64,000 nucleotides of DNA from Macrostomum lignano (taxonomy: Eukaryota). A model generated the notes under the pieces. That model was not told where the DNA came from and ran no database searches. It was given only the letters and a program-made list of their open reading frames with translations. This document shows, piece after piece, positions 37,676 to 61,160 of this stretch. The stretch is taken from contig NIVC01001697.1 of NCBI GenBank assembly GCA_002269645.1, forward strand, positions 1 through 64,000. Reading direction: 5' to 3'. Numbering within the stretch: position 1 is the first letter of the stretch; each line of letters opens with the position of its first letter. A program made the translations under genes and the position numbers.

Positions 37676-40480
37676 TGAGTGAATGAGTGAGTGAGTGAGT
37701 GAGTGAGTGAGTGAGCGAGCGGGTGAGTGAGTGAGTGAGTGAGTGAGTGAGCGAGTGAGTGAGTGAGCGAGTGGGTGAGTGAGTGAGTGAGTGAATGAGT
37801 GAGTGAGTGAGTGAGTGAGCGAGTGAGTGAGTGAGTGAGTGAGTGAGTGAGTGAGTGAGTGAGTGAGTGAGTGAGTGAGTGAGTGAATGAGTGATACAAC
37901 CAGTGATCTGCTCTCCAGACTGCCACGAGAATCTGCTAGACAACGGGCCATCACACAAGCTCGGCCCCTACCTGTACCCGTGCGCAGTCGAGTACGGCCT
38001 CATCTGCGCTGCCATCTGCTTCAAAGTGTTCAGCAAAATAGGCGACACCAAAGTGACCCCCTACGGCAGGAAGATGTACCCGGAGGGGCCGAGGTTCACC
38101 GCCTGTCACAAGTCGCACAAAGGTCTCTTCCTGGGCCTACTCATCATGATCTGCGTTCTGGTGCCCATGATCAGCCTGCAGATGCTCAACTCAGACAAAA
38201 ATGTGCGTCAACAACCCAGATAGTTTGCGTTCTTCAGATTGTCAAATCCCAAACAGTCTAACTTGGATAGGGTTCAAATCCCCTATAGAAATCCCGGGGT
38301 TGAGAGCGGGGGGAAGCTCAGAGGTAGAACGCGTCCTCTGACTATCTCGCGGTCACAGCAAATTTGGCCTAAGGTTTGTCGTGCAAGTCTCGCCCACAGA
38401 TACTAAAATAACTAGATAGGCATTTATACTTAGCAAAACAGCTTTCTACTTTCAGTTCAGTAGCAAAGAAGAATACATAAACTATTTTATAAAAAAGGCA
38501 GATAAAATGACTTTGATAAGTTTAGAAGCCAAGCTTGCAGGCGTAAACAGTTTGCTAATTGGTTCAGCAGTGATGTACATTGGCAATAAAAGGCAATAAA
38601 ATTGGGGCGGGGCGGGGGGTAGTGTAAAAAGGCGCGGTTGGAGGGTTTATGCTAGGAGTAAGAGCCGCCAGTAAATGAGCCTTGGCTTTAAAAATGCATT
38701 AAAATGCTGCTGTTTAACTTTCTACTGAACTGAAAGTAGTTTACACGCAAATGCGCTGAGTGGCCCATCTAGTTATTCTAGTATCTGTGAGGACTACTGA
38801 ACTTCTATGTATTCTATCTATTCTATGTTAATTTTTATTCTACGTACAATGGTACATGCCCTGTGCCTAAAAACCATTAAAATGGCACGGCTCGGCTTAT
38901 TGGTTTTATGAACCTACCAGGGTACTTTGTCCTTAGCTGACTGAACAGTATTGTGTAACAGAGATGACAAAATAGATTCATAAAATCAATGAGTCGAGCT
39001 GTGCCATGCATTTTTGAGTTTTAGGTACAGGGAATGCACGTAGAAGAAAAAAAATTGACATAGAATTCTAATTTTCTAAACAAAAAGCTTCATGAAAATC
39101 GATAGAGCCATAAGAAAGGCACAGCATATCAAAAGATGAACATTGGGCCTGCCTCCTATCGAAAGCAATAAAAATTTTAATTTGAAAAAAGTGAAAGTTC
39201 CTATTTCGGTGAAAACCAGCCTCCTTAACATTTTCTAAGAAACTCAGCAAGCACAAAATCTTGGAAGGCGGAATAAAAATCAAATCCCAGGCCCACCAAC
39301 CCGGTCCTTCAACAGCCGCACCAGAACATCTACACGCTGGTCATAGTCAGCATCGAGTGTCTGGTGCTGCTGTTCACCTCGGCGATGTCCGTGACTGGCA
39401 TCGTTAAGACGGTCCGCCATCTGCGACTCTACAGAGTCCGCGGCAACGAAGCCTTCGACGTAAACCTGCTGTTTGTTGGCCTGGCGGGCATCCTGTGCTT
39501 CAACCTGTTTGTGGCCATCTCCGTCGGCTCCTGCGCTGTGGACTCCAGCGACATCAGCCACTGTCCGACATGGATCGGACATAAAAATATTATCACTAAG
39601 GCGGCTGGACTGAAGGTGAGCTCTGTTGGGTGCTGAAAGTCGAATTTAAACATTACGGCACGTGTCTCGCAAAATTATCTTTTTGAATCATTGGTTAGAC
39701 AGAGACGCTACCTGTTAGACACAAGCATCAAGTGTCAGACACAAGAATCAAGTGTCTCAGAGTGTATCTGTATCAAGTGTCAGATACAATAATAAAGTGT
39801 CTCAGACACAAGCATCAAGTCTCAGAGTGTATCTGTATCAAGTGTCAGATACAATAATAAAGTGTCTAGAGTTTATCTGTATCAAGTGTCAGATACAATA
39901 ATAAAGTGTCTCAGACACAAGCATCAAGTGTCTCAGATACAATCATCAAGTGTCTCAGACACAAGCATCAAGTGTCTCAGACACAAGCATCAAGTGTCTC
40001 AGACACAAGCATCAAGTGTCAGAGACACAAGCATCAAATGTCAGAGACACAAGCATCAAGTGTCAGAGACACAAGTATCAAGTGTCAGACAGAAGCACTA
40101 TGGAAGCCAATCGCCAACCAACGCCCCACCCGCAGTCCGTGCTGGAGGTGGTCCAGTCCATCTCGCAGACGCTGTTCATCATGCAGGCCATCCAGAGGCG
40201 CATCACCCTGGAGCTAGTCGAGAACAACCACAAGCCGGGCCGCGGACTCACCATCGGGCTGCTCATCGCCAACCTGGCCATGTGGATCGAGGCCGTGTTC
40301 GAAGCCAAGCGCACATTTGCGGAAGATTTTCCCAACGGATACTTTGGAAAGATGGCGTGGAGCATTGTGAAGTACATCTTCCTGCCGTTGATCATATTCT
40401 TCAGGTTCCACTCGTCTGTCTGCTTGTCGGAGATCTGGATTCGCAGCTACAAAATGCCGAAGAAACGGGCCGCTGAGTGA
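33754..40480 (+). CDS. Otop: Otopetrin-family proton channel; exons ~33754-34030, 34387-34885, 36325-36414, 36502-36662, 36775-36958, 37904-38202, 39316-39615, 40136-40480
   Basis: Otopetrin motifs across the exons: LYLRLGAIVFGFG, RFMMVHLIVTNLCIW, YLYPCAVEYGLIC, KPGRGLTIGLLIANLAMW, LPLIIFFRFHSSVCLSEIW. Splice phases are consistent. The 5' end is uncertain (frame change near 33900 and an upstream in-frame TAA). Confidence 0.92.
34088..34330. repeat. 37-bp minisatellite in Otop intron
   Basis: cagatttccaaaatcactgagcagtgtgattgggtga units. Confidence 0.85.
35160..35332. repeat. ~25-bp minisatellite (tgtggcgccaaaatgagtgcctgtc)
   Basis: Tandem units in Otop intron. Confidence 0.85.
36959..37894. 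repeat. (GTGA)n/(GCGA) tetranucleotide array making up almost an entire Otop intron
   Basis: Starts at the donor GT (36959) and ends ~9 nt before the acceptor AG (37903). Confidence 0.95.
38446..38739. mobile_element. MITE (294 bp) with perfect 18-bp TIR, in an Otop intron
   Basis: CTACTTTCAGTTCAGTAG at 38446-38463 and its exact reverse complement at 38722-38739. TTT on both flanks (possible 3-bp TSD). Confidence 0.7.
39715..40092. repeat. 22-bp minisatellite (agacacaagcatcaagtgtctc)
   Basis: Last Otop intron. Confidence 0.85.
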
Positions 40481-41404
40481 TGCAATGCTAGTTAACTTCG
40501 AGACTCATTGTAGTTAATTGAGTTGTATGGTTTAACGCTTGAGTCATTAACGTAGCAACCACATTACAGTATAGTAACCAATCATACAGTCCAATGACCA
40601 GCCAGAAACATTTTCTGCTTGTAACCTTAATAAGTACATGGCGATTTTTTAATTTCAAAATAGATTCTGTACTTTGAATTTTAGGAGCCAAAACATAAAA
40701 TGTTTATTTCATGCGAGTTAATAGATTAAACAAAAATATTGACTGCTAATAAACCTGCTCAAAATCTTGTTCGTGTTAATTTGCACTCCTGCATATAAGC
40801 TCACTTCCATGAGGATGTAGTTCAACGTGGTTCAGCATACTAAACGCTCAGAGCAATCTTTTTATGGCTCCTAGTGTATTCTAACAAAACACTTCTCAAA
40901 AAACGACTTCATATATGTTAATCGTATTTCTGGTCGCTCTTTAGTCTGAAGAATCCGTGTACTCGGTTTTTTGAAAGACCATCAATACACATACGAAGTA
41001 GAGGGACGCAAAACTTGATTTCTTGGAAATGTTCTGAAGGCTCCCGCTGCCAGAAAAATCACTATCACTAGTCAAAGCAGGTTTTTAAAACAAAACTTTT
41101 ATCTTATAATCATTGATAGTTCAACTCCATTGTGCGTGCCAATAACTCGTACCCTGTTCTAACCCTAATCCCAACTCTTATGTCCAAAGCCCAGGACAAC
41201 GCATTCACAGACAAGCACCAAGGACCACTGTTGTATAATAGAAAGTAAAATTCGACTGATAACGCAAATTTTGGAGGCCAATCAAGTGAAGAGTACCATT
41301 CTTTTAATTTAGCATGCAAAACATGTTACTTTGTTGTATTTTATATAATTTGTCTAATGAAGGTTTCATTTTCATATTGTTTTCTTTTTATTTCATGAGC
41401 CCAA

Positions 41405-41880
41405 AGTTGTGAGCATTATTGTGGCTCGTATTGTCGCCCGAAGGAACTGGAAGTGCCGTGGGATCCTGTCAGGCTGGGCAGACCTCGTCAATAGACGGGT
41501 TCGTCCCGAGGTAGCGTAGCCGGTCTCTGCAGGTAAAGAAAGGGCAGTGAGTGACAAACAAAGTGCTAAGCATCTTCATAGTCGCACTCGAAAAAAGGGC
41601 AAAGTTCACTCTCGAGGTCGCTTCGGAGGAAGGAGTGCCTAGCGAGATACCATGGCCGGTAAGGGTCATGACGTGGGCGTGATTTTCCTTCCGGTTTTGG
41701 TTCAAAAAGGCCTAGGAAAGAGCCAGATCCGCCCCTCCTGTCGAGGGTGTCCGCCAATTCATTCCCCGGGAACCCTGCCTGCCCTGGATCCACTTCAGCC
41801 ACACAGTATTGCCACTGGCCTTGAGCTGCCGGGCGCAGTCAGCGACTGTCCCGGAGTTCGTAGTAGTGGTGTGTCAAAGG
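41405..41880 (-). mobile_element. 3' fragment of an RNase H-bearing LINE (I/R1/Tad1-group-like)
   Basis: Frame-broken VWLKWI..AGFPGNELADTL (RNase H C-terminal motif), followed by TGHG…C..C.…THCP (CCHC knuckle remnant) and RYLG. Confidence 0.65.
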
Positions 41881-42103
41881 GCCACAACTTTTTGCTTATG
41901 AAATAAAAAACATGCTGTGAATACAAAATTGAAAGAATGATAATCTTAACTACCCCAGATCAAACGCAATCATTGATTATGGCATGAAAAATTTTTTTTT
42001 TACTTTTTTTCCTGTGTTTTTCCAGGAAATTGGCCTCCACAAATTAAACGGTCTTTGAGTTTTGTATTCTGGTATACTACGTACAGAGGTCCTTGCTGAG
42101 CCT

Positions 42104-42430
42104 CAAGGCTGCCGGGCTTGCCTGGGCTGTCTTTCTTTCCGTGAGGGCTGTCCTGCAGTCCCTGTCTGACCGCCAGAGGGCGGCGTTATTTTAGGCCACA
42201 TTCGGAACGCCGAGACCTGGACGCTGACAGATTCGCTCGAACAGCAGGTTGACGCAAGGCACGCTGTATTTTTTAGCGTCGTTACAAATACGGCAGTGTA
42301 TCGCCCTGTTGGCACCTTTCAAGCAGCTTACTGCGCCGTTGGCGACTCCAGCTGGCAAGTCACATGATCTGCGCCGAGTTGCACTGCCACATCGACGAGG
42401 GCAGGCCCGCACTCGGCGTCACATATACTG
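42104..42430 (+). mobile_element. Degenerate 3' fragment of the same RTE-like LINE
   Basis: ggcttgcctgggctg…aacgccgagacctggacgctgacaga…cagctggca…gggcaggcccgcactcggcg matches the 3' end of the full element. Confidence 0.8.
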
Positions 42431-42639
42431 ACCAGTTGAAAATTGTTAAATAATTGAAAACAAACAAAGCAATGCCGTATTGGTACAGTAAAGATTAGAC
42501 ATTCAATATACGTTGATTAAGCTATAAACCGACATCAAATCTTTAAATAGACCTTTAACCGAGAAAAAGATTATCGACGAAATAGTTGGTCAAATAAACC
42601 CAACCAGCAGCAAAAGCAAAAGACTGTCAAAGATTGATG

Positions 42640-46740
<4,101 letters not shown>

Positions 46741-47144
46741 GACGACACTTAAGTTGGCAATGGTTTGACTTGGAGAACAGCTCCGCTAGCTCACTAGCTC
46801 GTTGATATAGTCTTTGTTGTTTCAGCGTCGTGTTTAGTTTTTTTGTGGCTTTCCAGTGCAAATTTATTCTACTTTGTACACTTATTGAGAGACCTGTTTA
46901 GCCGTGCTCTGTGAGCTTTTAGTCAGCGTCAAGTTGAAAAAAGTTAGAGTCTATCATTTCCGAACTCGTCTTGTCATAATTCTTGAGTGAAAATGGCAGG
47001 GGTGTCCCTTCATCATTGTCTCATTTTTTCCTTTCTATCGTCCAATAGCTTAATTGTGTAAAACTTGTTTGATTGTCCATCAAAATTACGCTGGAGCAAC
47101 TATACATCGTTGGATCGGAAAAACTTGGAAAAGCGTTATCTGAC

Positions 47145-47350
47145 ATGAACATTGCACACGATGTCAAACACGCACAGCACATTGCACACGATGTAAAACA
47201 CGCACAGACCATTGCACACGATGTCAAACACGCACAGCACATTGCACACGATAACAAATATACACAGCACGTTACACACGATATAAAACACGCACAGCAC
47301 ATTGCACACGATATAAAACATGCACAGCACATTGCACACGATGTCAAACA
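47145..47350. repeat. 30-bp minisatellite (cattgcacacgatgtcaaacacgcacagca)
   Basis: Period 30 (attgcacacg at 47151, 47181, 47211, 47241). Confidence 0.9.
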
Positions 47351-47835
47351 TTGGGTAATTTATGGGTTAACAGAAAAATCTGAAAACAAGTTAAAACAAG
47401 TTAATACAAGTTAAAAAATCTGAATTGAAGTTGTAGCCATTTTGTTTTAGTTAAGTTAATTTCAAGGACGACTGATGTATAGACTGCAGTGACTTAAGTC
47501 TTTTTTATCTTTTTGTGCTTTACTTTGCACAGCGTTGCAGAGCTGCGAGAATTTTCAACTGAAGTAATAACAGTTGTACACACAGAAAGGTTATGATCGA
47601 CTTCATCTGGAATGAATCTGAGGAATGTCCATTCTGATCGAGGATCCCTTGCAGCTGAACGGCTCTGGTGGCATGGTGCCATTTGGATATCCGTACGAAT
47701 ATCAATAGTAGCGATCCAAGACAGTAAAGAAATGTAAAAGAAACTGAGCTTTGCAAGCAGATATCGACTAGCAAGCTTCATTGATCCGCGATGCACGCAC
47801 AGAAACATCAGGGTCGAAAAGGTCAGCGCTGATGA

Positions 47836-48202
47836 GGGTCGTTTCACAAACCCTAATTTTCACGTCGAAAACAGAACCTTTCATAAGACCTATATTTCAT
47901 GAACCCTAATTTTCACAACGTCGAAAATAAGCAATGCAGCCTGCAGATTTCACAACACCTAAATTTCACAAGCCCTAAATTTCATAACACCTAAAAGGCA
48001 TGTACAGAATTTCACAAGCCCTAAATTTCATAACACCTAAAAGGCATGTACAGAATTTCACAAGCCCTAAATTTCACAAGACCTAAATTTCACAGCGCCT
48101 AAAAACACTATGAAGATACAAAAAGATTGTAGAAGGATTATATAAGAAAAATTGTATCTCTATTTTAGGCGTTGTGAAATTTAGGGCTTGTGAAATCGAC
48201 CC
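47836..48202. mobile_element. Mutator-like MITE (367 bp), 9-bp TSD
   Basis: TIR GGGTCG(A)TTTCACAA..CCCTAA.TTTCAC at both ends. Flanks CGCTGATGA (47827-47835) and CGCTGATGG (48203-48211). Interior made of ATTTCACAAGCCCTAA repeats. Confidence 0.75.
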
Positions 48203-48683
48203 CGCTGATGGTAAGCCGAACACATTTCGTGGTGCTGCAGTGAGATGCCTTGATGAAGTTTAAGTAGCTGCGTCCCCCAGACATGGCACAAAACAGAACG
48301 AAAAGAAACACGCTGCCATTATCAGACCAAACAAAGATTCTACTATGAAAATTTTTCACTCAGACAAGCTTTTTATTAAAGTCCAAACAGCTCAAAACGG
48401 TCCAAGCCGCTTTATGTTTTGTGAGATTCAACCTAAGGAGTAAGTTCTTGAGCAGTTATTTAGTATTTTAGTATTGTCTCTACTTTAAAACATTCTTAAA
48501 ATGAAAAAACCATACTGGGTTCAAATGAAAAGCTCAAATTTTAAAGTTCCAAATATTACGATAACCAACAAATATGTCTTTTATTATATTATGTCTGATA
48601 ACTACAATATTTAGAACACTACACAATAACGTTTTTCTCAACGGGAAGCACCTTCGACTGCCAGACAAAATGCCTAGGAGAAA

Positions 48684-51600
48684 TTAGTTTCCATTGTCCT
48701 CAAATCTTGTTCCTGCCGGCCGGAACCCGTCGCCCAGCTGCCGGGCCTTGTACTCGTACCAGCCCTCCTTGCCGTGGAACAGCTGCTCGTCGTACTCAAC
48801 TTTGATCTCGCCGAATACTTCGCGCAACGCTTTGAAGATCCCGTTCTCGACGTAACTCATCTGGTGGCGAGGCAAGTAGCCGTCTCTGGTACTGCGACAG
48901 ATGGTCACGGCGATGGGCGTCTTCGGCAACTGGCGCAGCAGCTGCGTCATCCGTTCGAGTCGAGCGTCCACACCTGCCTGATTATCCAGGAACTCCTGCA
49001 CCGCGGACTCGTTAGGCAGATTGTGACCCAAGCACAGCTTCACTGCGCGCATGATGTTGAACGATTTTTCAGATGGCGTTTCTGTAACCGTTTCGGCCAA
49101 CGAATCCAACGGATCAAAGTTTGTGCGTAGCGACATGCCGAGACACAGGCCGATACTCTGCATGACCTGCAGTTGCTTCTTGTTCAGGCTGGTGAGCAGG
49201 GAAGCCACCTCCCGCGTCAGGAACACCAGCTGCGCCCGGGGCAGCTCAGGACAAGCCACTTTGCTCAGAATAGCAAGTAGCACTTTGTCTTGAGCAACTT
49301 TGTCGGCGATGGCAGCCGGTGAGCAGCCATCTTCATCGTCGCCTGTGTTGCACTTTTCGGCGAAAGTTGTCACAACGTCGAGCATTGTGATGAACCAGCA
49401 GTCCGCCTTCTTTTCATCGTGGACCGACTTTGGGCAGAAAAGTTGCGCCAGAGGTTTGCGAAGTTTACTAGCGACGTCCAGAGAGATTCCTGAGCTCAGC
49501 AGCTGACGAGCGACCAGCTGCACCCCAAAGTAATCCTCATCGATGTCCAGAATGTAATCGTTGGCTTCATACTCAGAGTTGAACAGCGTGTTGAACTTTG
49601 TCTCATCCGGACGGTCCTTCGGCAGGCGCAGCTTCCTGGCGAAGATGGCGGAGAGCAGATCGGCGGTTATGTTTCTCTCCGAGGCGAACACATGCAGGAA
49701 CGGGCCTTTGAGGAAGAAGCAAAAGTTTCTTAATAGCCACATGGGCCGATCGATATCCGCCCGGATGCTCAATGAGCAGGTGTCGGTGGTGTTGATCGTG
49801 GGTGACATCAATGGGTACCGGTCCTGCTCGTACACTGGGCATCTGCAGGCCTGCAGAGTTCCTTTGAGTCTCGTAATGCCTGTGCTTGAGATGTCACTCT
49901 CTGTATGGGATGAAGCGTTGCACAGGTAATTAATTTTTAGGCATTGTGGTGCTTTTCATATAGTCTTTTTGCTTTGGAGGAACACCTAATAGTGCCACCC
50001 CTCAAGGTTCTTTAGATCCCGAATTAATGCACCCGTCTCGTGTTAATACTATGGATCTCTAACATGGAGTTCTCCAAGAAGGCAGACTCACCCGTGTCGT
50101 TGAAATCCACCCAATCTGGGTAGAGCCACAAGCCGTTGGAGACCAGGCCAGCTACCCTGGACCCCTGTAAAGTTTTTGTAGCGGTGTTCCTCCATTAGGG
50201 CAGTTGGTTTAGTCATTATTGACTAAGAGTTACAGGTAAATGATAAAAAGCGTCTTGAACTGTGATTTTAGAGAAAATTCTCTTAGTGTCTGTCGAAGAG
50301 TTTATACCCACTGCAAGACCAGGGGAATAGCATTGTGTCGGATCTCGACATTTTATTTATAGATCTTGCTCCACTGGTGGCTAGGCAAAATGAAGCTGAC
50401 CGACAATACAGATCCTAAGTTTTGCTGCATCCAATGCAAGCACTCTATAGTTTGCGGCTTCCATTCTGGGGGGGGGGGCTTAAGTTGACATGAGATTCCC
50501 ACCTACCCTATATTATCTCATTAGGATCTATTCAGATAGAGAGATTTGGGTATTTGATTATTCAATGCTCGTGCACTCATTGCCAATTGCCGAGCAACAG
50601 ATACATCGCTTCCATTCCGGACAAAGTTGACATCCTCTTTCGGACATTCGGACAAATCGTTGTTTGCCTGAAACCTGCGGACTCAGTAAAAAGCTGTCAG
50701 AGAGTCTGTGTTAAAAAACGCACACCAAAGTGACTTTGTCTAAAGTGGTTGATTAGAGTATGCAACAACTTTTTTACTACTCCCATTATGAAATTGTCGT
50801 TAAAAGTCATCAGTAGCTTGATGTGCTCCTTTCCGCCGAATTTTTCCGCAAACGGATACCGCCGGTCTGGGACGATCGGAGCTCCGTCTGAGTGGCCGTC
50901 AATGTGCACCTGATGGTGGCGGTTTGGGACAGACACTGAGACAGATAGGCAGATAGACAAACAGACAGACACTAAGACAGACAGACAGACACTAAGACAG
51001 ACAGACAGACACTAAGACAGACAGACAGACATTAAGACAGAGAGACAGACAAACAAACAGACAGACAAAAAAGATAAACAGACAGACAGACACTAAGACA
51101 GACGGACAGACAGGCAGACATCTCATACATTTTATTGCTTACCAGCGTCAATGGAGGAATTCTCGAACCGTTTCGCATTGACGCCTCTTTGTGGGCTTCA
51201 AACCATAGGGGCAGTACTGAAATTTTATTAGCAATTAGATCTTTTCTCTGTTGAGCACCTTCATCAGTTCGTTGAGGATGTTTTAGAAACAGGAAAAGTA
51301 CATGCAAGTTTGTCACTGAGCAAAGGAGTGGCTGAGATTGAAGATTCGATACCGAATGCATCTCCAAGTCTCACCTTCGTGGTGCTCCTCCACTACGAAG
51401 ACCTTCAACGCGCGGCTAGATCCGCCATCAGACGTTGGCAAAGAGGCTTCTTCATGCTCGCTCTGAGCTGCCTCCGCACCGTCCAAGAAGCTGCATCGAC
51501 TGGACGCAGCCTCCCCTGTGTCCCCGCCTTCAGCTGCCGCTTTTCCTGCCAGATTGGTTTTTGGCGAATTGGAAAGAATCTTGTAGAAATACTTGGTGAC

Positions 51601-52319
51601 AGATAGGCGGCTTTCATTTGGCATGCAACCTTATTCAATTTTGTATCAGGATTGCTTCAACCTGCATGAACTAAATCCGAACTAAATTGTCATACCTGAA
51701 CAACTCTCGTACCTGAACAACTCTCGTACCTGAACAACTCTCGTACCTGAACAACTCTCGTACCTGAACAACTCTCGTACCTGAACAACTCTCGTACCTG
51801 AACAACTCTCGTACCTGAACAACTCTCGTACCTGAACATTTCTCGTACCTGAACATTTCTCGTACATAAACAATTTTCGTACCCGGAAGAAAGAACACTC
51901 GTAGCCTGAGCAATCTTTGTTGCTGAACAACCCTCGTATCTGAAGAAACAACTGCCATACCTGAGCAACCCTCGAAGCTGAAAAACCCTCGCACCTTAAC
52001 AACCATATTACCTAAACAACGCTCTTACCCTACCGTGAACAACCCTCGTAGCTGACCAACCCTCGTACCTGAAGTAACAATTGCCGTACCTGAGCAATCC
52101 TCGTACCTTGAACAAGCCTCGTAGCTGAACAACACACAGCACTCATACCTAGACAACCCTCGTACCTGAAGTATCAGGTGGCAGGCCGCGGCTCGTCCAA
52201 CCAACTGAAGCGTCGAAGTAGAAGATATAAACTCCCAGGAACCCAGCGCACAGCACGTTAAACAGCACTATCGCTCGAAGCAACCAGGTGCTGTAGGTGT
52301 AGAAGGTTCGCCTCAGCAT
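48684..52319 (-). CDS. UPF0489-like membrane-anchored protein, copy B (~604 aa); exons 52319-52166, 51545-51375, 51216-51143, 50909-50784, 50164-50092, 49900-48684
   Basis: Same exon structure and motifs as copy A; 1815 nt in frame. TM segment [24 protein letters not shown]. The exon-4 donor reads GG rather than GT. Confidence 0.85.
51690..52170. repeat. 17-bp minisatellite (gtacctgaacaactctc), intron 1 of copy B
   Basis: Homogeneous at 51700-51870, decaying toward the exon-1 donor. Confidence 0.9.
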
Positions 52320-53031
52320 GACTAAAGTTACTGTTAAATTAATTAAACAAACTAGCTCGCTAGCTCACTCGTTAGTTTTAATATAGTCCACGGTCGCTTG
52401 AGCGCAGTGTTTGGCTTCGATATTTTTATCGCAAATATACTCCTTCGCAGAGCAATTCCTTTTATTCTGCAACCCCATCAACTTTCATTTTGTTTCATTG
52501 TGTGTTTCCAGGTTGGACTCGAACTGAACTGAGTTTTTTTTTAGGTTTTACCATCTCAAAGCGTTTAATACCCGCAGTCTACCTGTGTTAGTCATTTAGT
52601 TTTTATAATGTGCTAGTTTTTTACCGGTTTGTTAACGCAAGGTTTTAAGCGTTAGAATGTCAAATTTCTACTTGAAAATGGCGTCAAATGTGTGATAGGC
52701 TTTTAAAACTCTGTTGGATGCAGTTGTACAACTTGATGAGACATTTTCTTCTACTTTTGTTATTATTAATATTTACTCCACTATGCTACTCAACCTAGCC
52801 AGAGTTTTCTCAAATTCAAGTTAAAGGGAAAGAAAACATGCAAGTCCAAAGTATAGGCAGTATAAGTATATTCTTGAATTTACCAATCAACCATTTTATT
52901 AGCATAATAATTGTTAATAAATGTTACGCACTATTTGCTTAACCAAGGCAATTTCTTAGAAACGGCTGGTAGGCAAAGCTTTGGAAAAACTTTAAGTTCA
53001 TTGTAAAAAACCGATGAAGTTCTACTCGCTA

Positions 53032-60455
<7,424 letters not shown>

Positions 60456-60959
60456 TTACCGGTACTTTCTTATGGTCTTTTTGAGCAGTAGCCTCTGAAC
60501 CAGAACTTGAAAATATATAGGGTCTTAGGCGTACACTGCCTGCGCAGAACAATGGGGGGGGGTGTTTCCGCCTTTCTTCTCTCCATCATTTTTTGCTGTT
60601 GGCGCGGTGCGTCTTCGGCCAACTCGTCATCAACCCGAGGCTGGGAGGACCCCCCACCCCCGACCCGCGCTCACTGCACTCACCCTTTGACCAGCTCAGT
60701 CCGGCCCACAGAATATATTGCTCTTTCATTCCTGCCTCCTCTCCTTCTGCATCTCGCGGCGAATTAGTTAATTTCCTTCTGTTTCCACATGAAGGTTTCC
60801 AGAGCTACTCAATTGAATGACTTCCTTCATTTGCAAACTCAGGCGATCCGGATTTGAACATTCTTGTTGCTGCGCTTCGGTTTCCCTGGAAATCCATGGA
60901 AATCCATTTCTGGAAAGAGAATTATCTAATTAAAATTTATGACCATACAGCTGCACAAA

Positions 60960-61160
<201 letters not shown>

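Noticed and set aside
36884-37958. (HSLT)n ORFs of ~340-356 aa
   Set aside because: Antisense translation of the (GTGA)n intron.
38305-38360. tRNA-like A box (AAGCTCAGAGGTAGA)
   Set aside because: No B box, T arm or acceptor stem follows.
47020-47850. ORFs between UPF0489 copies A and B
   Set aside because: Partly a 30-bp satellite; the remainder has no recognizable motifs or consistent splice sites.
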